This document shows positions 36,294-45,589 of a DNA stretch of 64,000 nt, one piece after another. The notes below the pieces were generated by a model. That model was not told the DNA's origin and did no database searches. It worked only from the letters and a program-made list of their open reading frames with translations. The position numbers and the translations under genes were made by a program. Each line of letters begins with the position of its first letter. Within the stretch, counting starts at the first letter, position 1. Where the stretch lies: positions 1 through 64,000 of the forward strand of contig JBFJCP010000004.1 of NCBI GenBank assembly GCA_041615815.1, read 5' to 3'. This DNA comes from Gemmatimonadales bacterium (lineage in GTDB: Bacteria > Gemmatimonadota > Gemmatimonadetes > Gemmatimonadales > GWC2-71-9).

Positions 36294-37106
36294 TTGGGAC
36301 TTGGGGCCGTCATTGGCTCGATGGCGGTGGCGCTTGCCGTCCTGCTGCGATCACGGACGACGCGTGGTGACCACGGTCCGCCGGATGTCGCTGTGGGGCC
36401 GCCGGCGGACGATCAGTTCCCTGTCAAGGAGGAGCCCCCCCGGGAGCTGCTTGCCGCATGGGTCGAGTTTCTCAAGGACGATCTGGCGCGTGCGGTCAAC
36501 GCACTCAACAATCGCTTGAACGCCATCGCGGCCCTTGCCGAGGGGGTAGCCGGGGCCAACCTCACCGACGAGCAGCGAGAACAGGCCCAGCAGATCCGGA
36601 CGGAGGTGCGCCGCGCAGCCAAGATCACGCGTGGTCTCTTGCGGCGGGTGACGGCCATGGCACCGGACACGCTTCCCAATTGGTACGGCGAGTTGGAGGT
36701 CTCGACGAGCGCGCGGGCCGCGCACGTGCTGGTCGTCGAGGACGACGCCTCCAACCGCCGAGTCATCGACAAGCTTTTCACGAAACTCGGGCATCGGGTG
36801 ATCAGTGTCAGCAACGGGTTCGAGGCGTTTGAGTTGCTCGAGCGCACGGCCTTCGACTGCATCATTTGCGATCTGCGCATGCCGAGTCTCAGTGGGCGCA
36901 CCCTGTTCGAACAGGTGGAAGAGCGTCTCCCCCATTTGACGAGACGGTTCGTGTTCGTGACGGGGGACTACACCCGGCCCTCCTCGCGTGAGTTCTTGGA
37001 CCGGACTGGATGTCCCGTTGTCGCCAAGCCCTACGCGGTGGAGGAACTGCTCGCGGCGGCTGCGGAGGTGTTGGCCGGCGCCGGTGTCCTCGTGCGTGGC
37101 ATTTGA
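36294..37106 (+). CDS. Membrane-anchored response regulator with degenerate HisKA-like helix
   Basis: N-terminal hydrophobic segment; VNALNNRLNAI..RRAAKITRGLL; REC motifs LVVEDD, ICDLRMP, FVTG, AKPY. Confidence 0.8.
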   Translation: MGLGAVIGSMAVALAVLLRSRTTRGDHGPPDVAVGPPADDQFPVKEEPPRELLAAWVEFLKDDLARAVNALNNRLNAIAALAEGVAGANLTDEQREQAQQIRTEVRRAAKITRGLLRRVTAMAPDTLPNWYGELEVSTSARAAHVLVVEDDASNRRVIDKLFTKLGHRVISVSNGFEAFELLERTAFDCIICDLRMPSLSGRTLFEQVEERLPHLTRRFVFVTGDYTRPSSREFLDRTGCPVVAKPYAVEELLAAAAEVLAGAGVLVRGI

Positions 37107-37114
37107 AGGGGCAC

Positions 37115-37554
37115 GTGCGGTGGTGGATCGTTCTGGCGGCATTGGGGGCAGCAGGGCGCCGCCGTTGCAGTGCTGTGCAGCGATGCTTCATGGGTGACCA
37201 ATCCGGGGCCGGGTGCGGAGCGGTTTGCGGGACTGGAAGACCTGCACATCGTGCGGTTTTGGGGTGCAGACTGGGGGCCGGCGAGTGACGCGTTGGCGCG
37301 GCGATTCGCTGAGCGGCACGGCTCGCCGCCAGATCACGCGGAGGCGCTCACCTACGACCCTTTCATGTTGGTGGCAGCGGCGGTGCGCGGCCGCGCTGCA
37401 AGCCTATTTGCTCCGCCTCGGACATGGGAATACCTCGTTCTCGGGTCTCACCGGAGCTTACGTCTTCGCCCACGGTCGCCCGCGAGGGGACCGAATGGAC
37501 GTCGCGGTCGTGAGGGACAACCGCCTCGAGCCCCTGGCCATGAGCACGCCATGA
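37115..37554 (+). pseudogene. Decayed periplasmic ligand-binding protein (LivJ/Peripla_BP-like)
   Basis: Three frames: signal-like MRWWIVLAALGAAG; RRFAERHGSPPDHAEALTYDPFMLV; ALQAYL..FSGLTGAYVF; last frame ends in an ATGA overlap with the kinase start. Confidence 0.6.
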
Positions 37555-39419
37555 AACTGCGACAGCGTTTCGCGCTGCACATCGTGATGCTGACGGCACA
37601 TGTCGTGGTATTCACGGCGGCGGCGTTGTGGGTGGTGTGGCCGGGGCTCAGGCACGTGGATGACACGCTGGCGCCGCTGCAAGAGGTTTTCTTGGAGCTC
37701 CACGCGCGTCAGGGTCGCCTGGTGGCCGAGCTGAGCGAGGTCCGCACGCAAGTAAATCACGAATCAGAGGCCCACGCTCACGGTGGTCGCGCTTCCACTC
37801 GTGAGGCGGAACGTTCTCTCCTCGCACGTCATGGACGTCATCTGGACCCAGTTACGGTGGAAGTGCTCGCGGACGTGGAAGACACGTATGGGCGGATCGA
37901 GCTTGCGCTAGCGGAGGCAGTGGCGCTGCACGAGCTGGGCGATCAGCGTGGGGCCGAGGCGGTGCTCGCCGGTATCGACCGACAATGGAGCGACCTTCTC
38001 GAGAAGGCGGGACTGGCTCAAATCGCGGTCTTGGAGCAGGGGATCGCCGCCCGGACGGGCTTACAGGATGCGCTGCGAATGCTGAGATGGCTGGGGGTGG
38101 CATGGGCCGTCAGCCTCGTGACGCTCCTGTCATTCATCGCGTACGACGTGAATCGCACGGTGCTTCGGCCCATTAGGGCGTTCGACGTGGGCGTTCGGCG
38201 CTTGGCGGACGGGGATTGGACCGAGCCCATTGAGGCGTCGGGCGCCGTGGCAGAGCTCCGGGTTCTCGCCGACGACTTCAATGAGATGGCCGATGTGTTG
38301 CGACGCCGGGCGGGGCAGCACGCGCAGCTGGTAACTGCTGGTGAGTTGTTGGCGGGTGTGGCTCACGAACTGAACAATCCTTTGCAGGCGATCCGTGGCA
38401 CGGCCGAGCTCAATAAGGATAATGTGCGGGACACATCATCGGACTGGCACGAAGTGACGAAGCAGTCCCGGCGCGCTTCGAAACTGGTTCGAGATCTCCT
38501 CCGGTTCGTGCGCGCACGGCATCGCAGTTCTCGCCCCACCGAACTCAACGACGCGGTAAGCGACGCGCTGAACTTGGTTGCGTTCCAGTTCCGCGCGGAT
38601 GGTATCGATATCGAACTGTCCCTCGAGCCAGATCTCCCACCGGTGCTCATCGATCCCGACGAGCTCGTGGGGGTGCTGGTGAATCTCTTGGGGAATGCGC
38701 ATCGCGTGCTGCAGCAGCATGGTGGACGGCGACAGTTGGAGGTGCAGACGACCACCTCCCATCAAGGGGGTTGGGTCACGGTCACCGTGTCGGACTCGGG
38801 TCCCGGCATCGCTCCGGAATTCCGCCAGCGAGTTTTCGATCCATTCTTTACGACGCGCGAGGGTGGTGTGGGGCTGGGACTCGCAGTCTCGCGCGACACG
38901 GTCCGGCGGGCCGGTGGCGAGTTGCGCTTGGACGAGACATCGAGCGGCGCGTCGTTCACCGTCGCGCTTCCCGCGGCACCCCGCACCGGGCTCCCGGCCA
39001 TTACGGACGCGGACAGCGCGGTGCCGAGGCGGGAGTTCGCGGGGGTGTCGTTTCTGGTGGTCGACGACGAGAGGGCTATCCGCGACGTGCTGGTGCGGTT
39101 CCTCGAAGGCTTGGGCGCCACCGTGGAGGCCGCAGGCAGTGGGCGGGCCGCGCTGGCGGCCATCGAGCGGCGACGCTTCGACATGGTCGTGCTGGACCTC
39201 CGCATGCCGGACGTGGATGGACTGGAAGTGTACCGACGTTTGGCCCAGCGCCATCCGGAGCTCTCGGCCCGCACCATTATTCTGTCGGGAGATGTCTCGC
39301 AGCTCAACCGCGCCGGATTGGACATCCCGGCTCGCCGGATTCTGCTGAAGCCGGTGGAACTGGACCGCTTGCGAGGTGCCGTATCCGACGTGTTGGACCG
39401 TACCATGCACACGGCGTAG
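37551..39419 (+). CDS. Hybrid sensor histidine kinase (HAMP-HisKA-HATPase-REC)
   Basis: Two TMs, HAMP, AGVAHELNNPL, NLLGNA, DSGPGI, FDPFFTT, GLGL, REC LDLRMP. Confidence 0.92.
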   Translation: MKLRQRFALHIVMLTAHVVVFTAAALWVVWPGLRHVDDTLAPLQEVFLELHARQGRLVAELSEVRTQVNHESEAHAHGGRASTREAERSLLARHGRHLDPVTVEVLADVEDTYGRIELALAEAVALHELGDQRGAEAVLAGIDRQWSDLLEKAGLAQIAVLEQGIAARTGLQDALRMLRWLGVAWAVSLVTLLSFIAYDVNRTVLRPIRAFDVGVRRLADGDWTEPIEASGAVAELRVLADDFNEMADVLRRRAGQHAQLVTAGELLAGVAHELNNPLQAIRGTAELNKDNVRDTSSDWHEVTKQSRRASKLVRDLLRFVRARHRSSRPTELNDAVSDALNLVAFQFRADGIDIELSLEPDLPPVLIDPDELVGVLVNLLGNAHRVLQQHGGRRQLEVQTTTSHQGGWVTVTVSDSGPGIAPEFRQRVFDPFFTTREGGVGLGLAVSRDTVRRAGGELRLDETSSGASFTVALPAAPRTGLPAITDADSAVPRREFAGVSFLVVDDERAIRDVLVRFLEGLGATVEAAGSGRAALAAIERRRFDMVVLDLRMPDVDGLEVYRRLAQRHPELSARTIILSGDVSQLNRAGLDIPARRILLKPVELDRLRGAVSDVLDRTMHTA

Positions 39420-39464
39420 AGCCGATCACCTCTTGGCACTTCACCACAGCGTGCGGACGTTCAT

Positions 39465-40541
39465 ATGTCTGTGACTAACTCCATGCCGCCTACTCGTAGC
39501 GCCGGCGCGTTCTTGCTCCGTCTCGTCGGCTACTACCTCCTCGTGGGTGGTATCCTGGTACTGCTCGTCCGCCTGTTCCCGGGATTCGAGCATATGTTGG
39601 CCCTCGATTTCCGAGATGCCGGGGGTGCCCCATTCTCCCGCGATGCGCTCCAGCCGCCGCAGGTGCTGAGCCCCACCCTGGGCCCGGCCATGAATACGGG
39701 TCTCCTGGGAACACTCGCGATGATTGGGGGACTCATCTTTGCGCTGCCGGTGGCGTGGACGTATACCGCAACCAAACGCGGCGAGAGTTACGACAAGTCG
39801 GTGGTGCAGATGATCGTCATGCTCCCGCTGGCGGTGGGGGGCGTGGTGTTGCTCGTTCGGGGGGAGCTGGCGCTGGCGTTTGCCCTGGCCGGGATCGTGG
39901 CAGCGGTCCGCTTCCGGACGACCTTCAAGGACGTGAAAGACGCGGTCTTCGCGTTTGTCGCCATTGGCCTCGGCCTCGCATCGGGCATGCAGGCGTGGGT
40001 GCTGGCGTTGGTCATCTCGTTTGTTTTTTGCATCGTCGTCGTGAGTCTGTGGCGGTTCGAGCTCGGAGAGCGCCAGGCCGAGCTGCCCCTGTCCACCGGC
40101 CCGCTCACGCTCTCCGAGGCATTGACTCCAGGCGACACGGAAAAAGCAGTGGTGGTTGGGGATCCCGCGCTGGTTGCTCCCCTCGCCGACGAAGAGCTGG
40201 CAGCCCACAAATCGACTGTCTCGCGACTCGAACAACATGTTCGGGCCGATGCCATTCGGGAGAAACAAAAATACAAACATTTACTGCTGGTCTATGCAGC
40301 AGATGTGGAAGAAGCGGAGGAACAGGTGGAGGACGTACTGGAGGAGTACGCGAATCGCTGGCAACTCATCGAGGTGCTCGGCGGCCGTGAGGGCGTTCAG
40401 ATTCTCGAGTACTTAGTACGGTTCAAGAAGCGTGCGGAGATGAGTGAGCTGTTGCGGCGCCTGCAGGGGAACGAGGGTGAATTGATCCGGGCCGTCGAGC
40501 TCAAGTCCATGAAGGGTTTGAGGGACCGACTGACGAAATGA
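39465..40541 (+). CDS. DUF4956 family membrane protein
   Basis: LALAFALAGIVAAVRFRTTFKDVKDAVFAFVAIGLGLASG; C-terminal soluble ACT-like domain. Confidence 0.85.
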   Translation: MSVTNSMPPTRSAGAFLLRLVGYYLLVGGILVLLVRLFPGFEHMLALDFRDAGGAPFSRDALQPPQVLSPTLGPAMNTGLLGTLAMIGGLIFALPVAWTYTATKRGESYDKSVVQMIVMLPLAVGGVVLLVRGELALAFALAGIVAAVRFRTTFKDVKDAVFAFVAIGLGLASGMQAWVLALVISFVFCIVVVSLWRFELGERQAELPLSTGPLTLSEALTPGDTEKAVVVGDPALVAPLADEELAAHKSTVSRLEQHVRADAIREKQKYKHLLLVYAADVEEAEEQVEDVLEEYANRWQLIEVLGGREGVQILEYLVRFKKRAEMSELLRRLQGNEGELIRAVELKSMKGLRDRLTK

Positions 40542-43216
40542 GCGTGCTCCGGGCCCCCACGGCGGCTGCCCTTGCTGCCTTGGTCTTGGGCACGAGCCCC
40601 CCCGCCGCAGCGCAGGACGACCTGGTCCCCCCTGAAGGTCGGGCGGTGGTCACGGTCGTCCCGGGAAGCGAGTACGGCGCCGGTCGGCTGCACCGCTTCT
40701 TCTTCGGCACCGACTATCGAAGTCTCTGGACCACACCCATTACCGTTCCCGTCCTGGATCTCGACTCACTCGAGGGGGGGTTGCGGCCGCTGCGCCGGGG
40801 TGGATTTGGCCAGACCACCTCCTTGCACCTGCTGTCTGCCGACGGGCGACGTTTCGTCTTCCGATCCGTGAATAAGGACCCATCCCGAGGTCTCCCGTCC
40901 ATGCTACGGGGGACCTTCGTGGACGCCATTGTGCAAGATCAGATCAGCGCGCTGCATCCCGACGCAGCGATCATCGTGGCGCCCCTGCTCGAGGCAGCGG
41001 GCGTGCTCCACGCTGAGCCGCACCTCCTGGTGATGCCGGACGATCCCCGCCTTGGTGAGTTCCGAAAAGAGTTCGCCGGCATGTTGGCGACGCTGGAGGA
41101 GCGGCCGGACGAAGCCGACGAAGGCGAACCCGGTTTTGCCGAGTCGCGTCGTGTGGTCGGCACGGAGCGGCTCTTTGAGCGCATGGAAGACAACCCGCGA
41201 AACCGCGTGGACGGTCGTGATTTTCTGGCGGCGCGGCTCATGGATTTGTTCCTGGGCGATCGGGACCGCCATTCGGACCAGTGGCGCTGGGCGCGATTTC
41301 CCGAGGGAGAGAATTTCGCGTGGCGTGCCATCCCGCGAGATCGGGACCAGGCCTTCTTTGCGCTGGGCGGCTTCGTGCCGTGGCTCACACGATTCTGGAC
41401 CCCGCAGTTCGTGGCGTTTGGCGATGATTACCCGAACCTCGTGTGGGCCACGTGGAACGGCCGTGGACTCGACCGACGAATTCTCGTGGGGCTCGAGCGC
41501 TCCGCGTGGCAGTCGGTGGCCGCGGACCTCCAAGCGCGGCTCAGCGATTCGGTGATCGACGCGGCGGTTGAGCGAATGCCGCCGGCACATTACGCCCTGA
41601 ATGGTGAACGCCTCGCCCGCCTCCTCAAGCTGCGACGCGACAAGCTCGGCGCCTTGGCAGGCGACTATTATCGATTACTGGCTGAGTATGTAGATATTCA
41701 TGCGACCGACAAGGACGAGGTTGCGTTCGTCACGCGCTTGCCGAACGAAGAGGTGGAAATCCGACTCTATCGCCGTCGAAAGCGGCGGGAGTTGTCGGAA
41801 GAAGATCGGTACTTCCGACGGTTGTTTCAGGGATCGGAAACAAAAGAGATACGTCTCTTCATGCATGGGGGAGACGATCGGGTGGTGGTCCAGGGAGCCG
41901 TGGATCGGAGTATCCTCATGCACATCGTTGGTGGTGGGGGGGATGACGAGCTTCTCGACTCCTCGCTGGTGCGGGATCAGCGCCGGCGGACCCGGTTCTA
42001 CGACTCGCGGGGAGACAACGAGTTCTTTGCGGGGTCCAAAACGGTCGTCGACACGTTCGAGCGAACCCGCGATCAGCTCACCGAGCGGTTCGAGGCGCCG
42101 CCACCAGTGGGTCCGTTTGGCGTCCATGCACGGAATTGGGGGAGCTGGCTGCGTCCGGCCGTGTGGGTCGCTGCCGAGCCAGATGTCGGGCTGTTCCTGG
42201 GTGGCGGAATGGTGTTGTACACGTATGGCTTCCGCAAAACCCCCTATCGGTACCAGCTCTCGCTGCGGGGCGGATACGCCCTTGGCGCCGGACGGGGTCG
42301 GGCAGAGGTCCGGTTGGAATCTCCGTCGTTGGCATACAATCTCGAGGGTGCAATCGTAGCGAGAGCGTCGGGCATCGACGTCGTCAACTTCCACGGATTC
42401 GGCAATGAGACGCTGGAGCTGGATGACGACTTTGTCCGGGTGCGGCAGGAGCTGTACACGTTCACACCCACGCTCACGCTCAAGCTGATGGGCGAATGGG
42501 GAAGGCGAGGGGACGACGACAGTGACACGGACCGGCGTCTTCCCCCATCGCTGTCACTCCAATTCGGTCCGGTAGTGAAAGTGGCGCGTACGAGGATCGA
42601 TGTCGGGGGCATTCTGGACCAGCTCCGTCCCCTGGGCATCAATACGTTTGGCCAGGTCGGTGCTGTGCTGGGAGTAGAATACGACTCGCGAGACCGGCTG
42701 CTCGCGCCGTCTCGTGGCTTGTATGTTCGAGCCGAAGGGCACGTCTACGCGCCGGTGCTCACGGTGGAAGAAGTGTTCGGCAGGAGTGGTGGTGAGGTGC
42801 GAACGTATCTGACGCCGGGGGACGGCTTCCACGCACCCACCCTCGCGCTGCGCGTGGGTGCCGAAAAGGTCTGGGGAACCTTCCCCTTCTTCGAGGCCGC
42901 GTTTGTCGGAGGCTCGACGACATTGCGGGGTTTTCGGAATCAGCGGTTTGCCGGCGACGGCGCTGTGTACGGAGGGGGTGAGCTCCGATTGGCGTTGGCG
43001 CGATACTCAGCAGTGGTTCCGGGACAGGTGGGGGTGTTTGGTTTTACCGACGTGGGCCGAGTCTTTTTCGAAGGAGAGGATTCCAACCGCTGGCACGTGG
43101 GAGCCGGTGGTGGCATCTGGCTATCGATCCTCGAGCGGGCGAATACGGTCAGTATCGGGCTCGCGAAGAGTGCCGAGCGGGTAGCGCTGTATGCCGGCGC
43201 TGGCTTCGCGTTTTGA
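40538..43216 (+). CDS. Omp85/TamA-family outer-membrane protein with N-terminal atypical kinase-like domain
   Basis: Signal peptide; YDSRD, LRGF..RFAG, ELR, GGGIW, C-terminal GFAF barrel; N-terminal GGFGQT, GDRDRHSDQW, IPRDRDQAF. Confidence 0.82.
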   Translation: MSVLRAPTAAALAALVLGTSPPAAAQDDLVPPEGRAVVTVVPGSEYGAGRLHRFFFGTDYRSLWTTPITVPVLDLDSLEGGLRPLRRGGFGQTTSLHLLSADGRRFVFRSVNKDPSRGLPSMLRGTFVDAIVQDQISALHPDAAIIVAPLLEAAGVLHAEPHLLVMPDDPRLGEFRKEFAGMLATLEERPDEADEGEPGFAESRRVVGTERLFERMEDNPRNRVDGRDFLAARLMDLFLGDRDRHSDQWRWARFPEGENFAWRAIPRDRDQAFFALGGFVPWLTRFWTPQFVAFGDDYPNLVWATWNGRGLDRRILVGLERSAWQSVAADLQARLSDSVIDAAVERMPPAHYALNGERLARLLKLRRDKLGALAGDYYRLLAEYVDIHATDKDEVAFVTRLPNEEVEIRLYRRRKRRELSEEDRYFRRLFQGSETKEIRLFMHGGDDRVVVQGAVDRSILMHIVGGGGDDELLDSSLVRDQRRRTRFYDSRGDNEFFAGSKTVVDTFERTRDQLTERFEAPPPVGPFGVHARNWGSWLRPAVWVAAEPDVGLFLGGGMVLYTYGFRKTPYRYQLSLRGGYALGAGRGRAEVRLESPSLAYNLEGAIVARASGIDVVNFHGFGNETLELDDDFVRVRQELYTFTPTLTLKLMGEWGRRGDDDSDTDRRLPPSLSLQFGPVVKVARTRIDVGGILDQLRPLGINTFGQVGAVLGVEYDSRDRLLAPSRGLYVRAEGHVYAPVLTVEEVFGRSGGEVRTYLTPGDGFHAPTLALRVGAEKVWGTFPFFEAAFVGGSTTLRGFRNQRFAGDGAVYGGGELRLALARYSAVVPGQVGVFGFTDVGRVFFEGEDSNRWHVGAGGGIWLSILERANTVSIGLAKSAERVALYAGAGFAF

Positions 43217-43331
43217 GACGAGGCCGGGAACCCCCGTACTGGATGGGTGGTATCTTCCCTTAAGGCATTTTCCTCACGGTCTCGCCGCAGCGCCGTCACC
43301 AGGCTATCGACTTCACAAGGATCTGATCGAG

Positions 43332-45545
43332 ATGTCACGATACGTTGCCTACTTATGCGCCACACTGACGCTCGCGGGATCGGTGCATGCGCAACAGCCC
43401 GAGTTCACCGTGCAGACGATTTTCGGAGGCGATGCGTTCAGTGCCGAGACTCCGTCGATCGCATGGATGGCCGATGGGCGCCACTACGCCGTGCTGGAGC
43501 GCGGACCGGATGGTACAACCAACCTCTACAGCGTCGACGCCCGGTCAGGGGACCGTACGATGCTCGTCCGTGGTCGGGACCTCGTCCCTCCAGGTGGATC
43601 CGCCTCGCTCACGATCGAGGACTATGCATTCAGTCCCGACAGTACCGTGCTGCTCATCTATGCGAATTCGATTCGCGTATGGCGGCGCAACACCAAGGGA
43701 AAGTACTACCTGTGGGACTTCGCCCGTCGGTCGTTGCGGCCGTTGAGCGCCGTGGAGGGCTACCAGCAGTTCGCCAAGTTCTCGCCTGACGGACGCTACA
43801 TCGGTTTCGTGCGGAGCAACAACCTCTTCGTCCACGATCGTCGGAACGGTGAGGAGCGGCAGCTCACGGTGGATGGCAGCGACGACATCATCAACGGCAC
43901 GACCGATTGGGTGTACGAGGAGGAATTGGACCTTCGGGACGCCTATCGTTTCAGCCCGGACGGGAGCCGAATCGTCTTCTGGCGATTCGATCAGTCGGCC
44001 ATCAAGCCATTCTACCTGATCGATGAGACCACGCTCTATCCCACCCTCGTACCCGTCCGCTATCCGAAAGCGGGGACACGCAATTCGTCGGTCCGGCTGG
44101 GGGTCGTGGAGATCGCGTCCGGCCGAACCACTTGGATGGATCTCGGCCCCGAGCCGGATATGTACGTTGCCGAGGGTGGGTTTGCCGGATCGCCGGATGA
44201 AGTGTGGTTCACTCGACTCAACCGATACCAGAACCGACTCGATCTCGTGCTCGCCGACGTCCGCACGGGCGTCTCGCGGGTGGTCATGTCGGACCGGGAT
44301 TCTGCCTGGGTGGACGCCAACGTGCCCCGCTGGCTCGATGGCGGCCGCCGCTTCCTGTTTCCAAGTGAACGTGACGGATACCGGCAGCTGTTCTTGTTCA
44401 ATCGGAACGGGGATGTGCTGCGGAAGATCACTACCGCACCGTGGGACGTGACCGAGGTCTTCGGTGTCGACGAGCCCCGCGCGATCGTGTATTTCAGCGG
44501 GACGGGGGAAGGTCCGCGCACCCGACCCATTTATGCTATGACGCTCGACGGTGGGCACTTGCGGCAGGTAACACCGCCGGGTGGATGGCACGACGCCAGC
44601 TTTGGGCCCCACTACGATCTGTTCGTCGACACCTATTCCACGGCCACGATGCCGCCGGCGCAGGTGCTGTACGATCGCGAAGGGCGTCACCTGCGCACGA
44701 TCGGGAATAACGAGGAAATGCGACGGAGGCTCGAGGCTCTGGCGCTCGTTCCCCCGGAATTCACCGAGGTCCCGGGGGCCGACGGTGTGTCGCTCGGCGC
44801 ATTCATCGTCAAGCCACCCCATTTCGATCCGACCAAACAGTACCCGCTCTTGATGTACGTGTACGGTGGACCCGGCTCCCAAACGGTGACGGATCGTTGG
44901 GGTGGCACCCGATACCTCTGGCACCAGATGCTGGCGCGGGAGGGATACGTGGTGGCCAGCGTCGATAACCGCGGGACGGGAGCCCGTGGTAGAGATTTCA
45001 AGAAGATGACGTACCGCCGGCTGGGATATTTCGAACCGCGGGATCAGATTGCGGCGGCGCAATACTTGGCCGGGCTCTCGTGGATCGACGAGGACCGGCT
45101 TGGGATATGGGGGTGGAGTTACGGGGGCTACATGTCGCTGCTCTCGATGTTTCAGGGCGAAGGTGTCTTTCGGGCGGCAATCTCAGTGGCACCGGTGACC
45201 GACTGGCAGTTGTACGACACCATCTACACCGAGCGGTACATGCGTACACCGCAGGAGAACCCCGAGGGCTATGAGCGGGGTGCGCCCGTGAGCTATGCCG
45301 ATCGATTGCAGGGGAAGCTGCTGGTCGTGCACGGCACCGGAGACGATAACGTGCACTCGCAGAATACCACGTGGCTGGTCCGGCGATTGGAAGAGGCAGG
45401 CAAACAGTTCGACCTGCGTTTGTACCCCAACAAGACCCACTCGATTGCCGGGGCCCGGACACGAGTGAATCTGTATGGCTTGTTTACCGAGTGGCTCGAG
45501 GAGAACTTGAAGCCCGGGCCGGTCGCGCTGGGCATCACGCCCTAA
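43332..45545 (+). CDS. S9B dipeptidyl peptidase IV
   Basis: DWVYEEE, YPKAG, YVYGGPG, GWSYGG, HGTGDDNVH, KTHSI; signal peptide. Confidence 0.95.
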   Translation: MSRYVAYLCATLTLAGSVHAQQPEFTVQTIFGGDAFSAETPSIAWMADGRHYAVLERGPDGTTNLYSVDARSGDRTMLVRGRDLVPPGGSASLTIEDYAFSPDSTVLLIYANSIRVWRRNTKGKYYLWDFARRSLRPLSAVEGYQQFAKFSPDGRYIGFVRSNNLFVHDRRNGEERQLTVDGSDDIINGTTDWVYEEELDLRDAYRFSPDGSRIVFWRFDQSAIKPFYLIDETTLYPTLVPVRYPKAGTRNSSVRLGVVEIASGRTTWMDLGPEPDMYVAEGGFAGSPDEVWFTRLNRYQNRLDLVLADVRTGVSRVVMSDRDSAWVDANVPRWLDGGRRFLFPSERDGYRQLFLFNRNGDVLRKITTAPWDVTEVFGVDEPRAIVYFSGTGEGPRTRPIYAMTLDGGHLRQVTPPGGWHDASFGPHYDLFVDTYSTATMPPAQVLYDREGRHLRTIGNNEEMRRRLEALALVPPEFTEVPGADGVSLGAFIVKPPHFDPTKQYPLLMYVYGGPGSQTVTDRWGGTRYLWHQMLAREGYVVASVDNRGTGARGRDFKKMTYRRLGYFEPRDQIAAAQYLAGLSWIDEDRLGIWGWSYGGYMSLLSMFQGEGVFRAAISVAPVTDWQLYDTIYTERYMRTPQENPEGYERGAPVSYADRLQGKLLVVHGTGDDNVHSQNTTWLVRRLEEAGKQFDLRLYPNKTHSIAGARTRVNLYGLFTEWLEENLKPGPVALGITP

Positions 45546-45589
45546 CGGCGGTCGCGCGATGCCGGACGCGCCCGCTGCCCACCCTGGGG

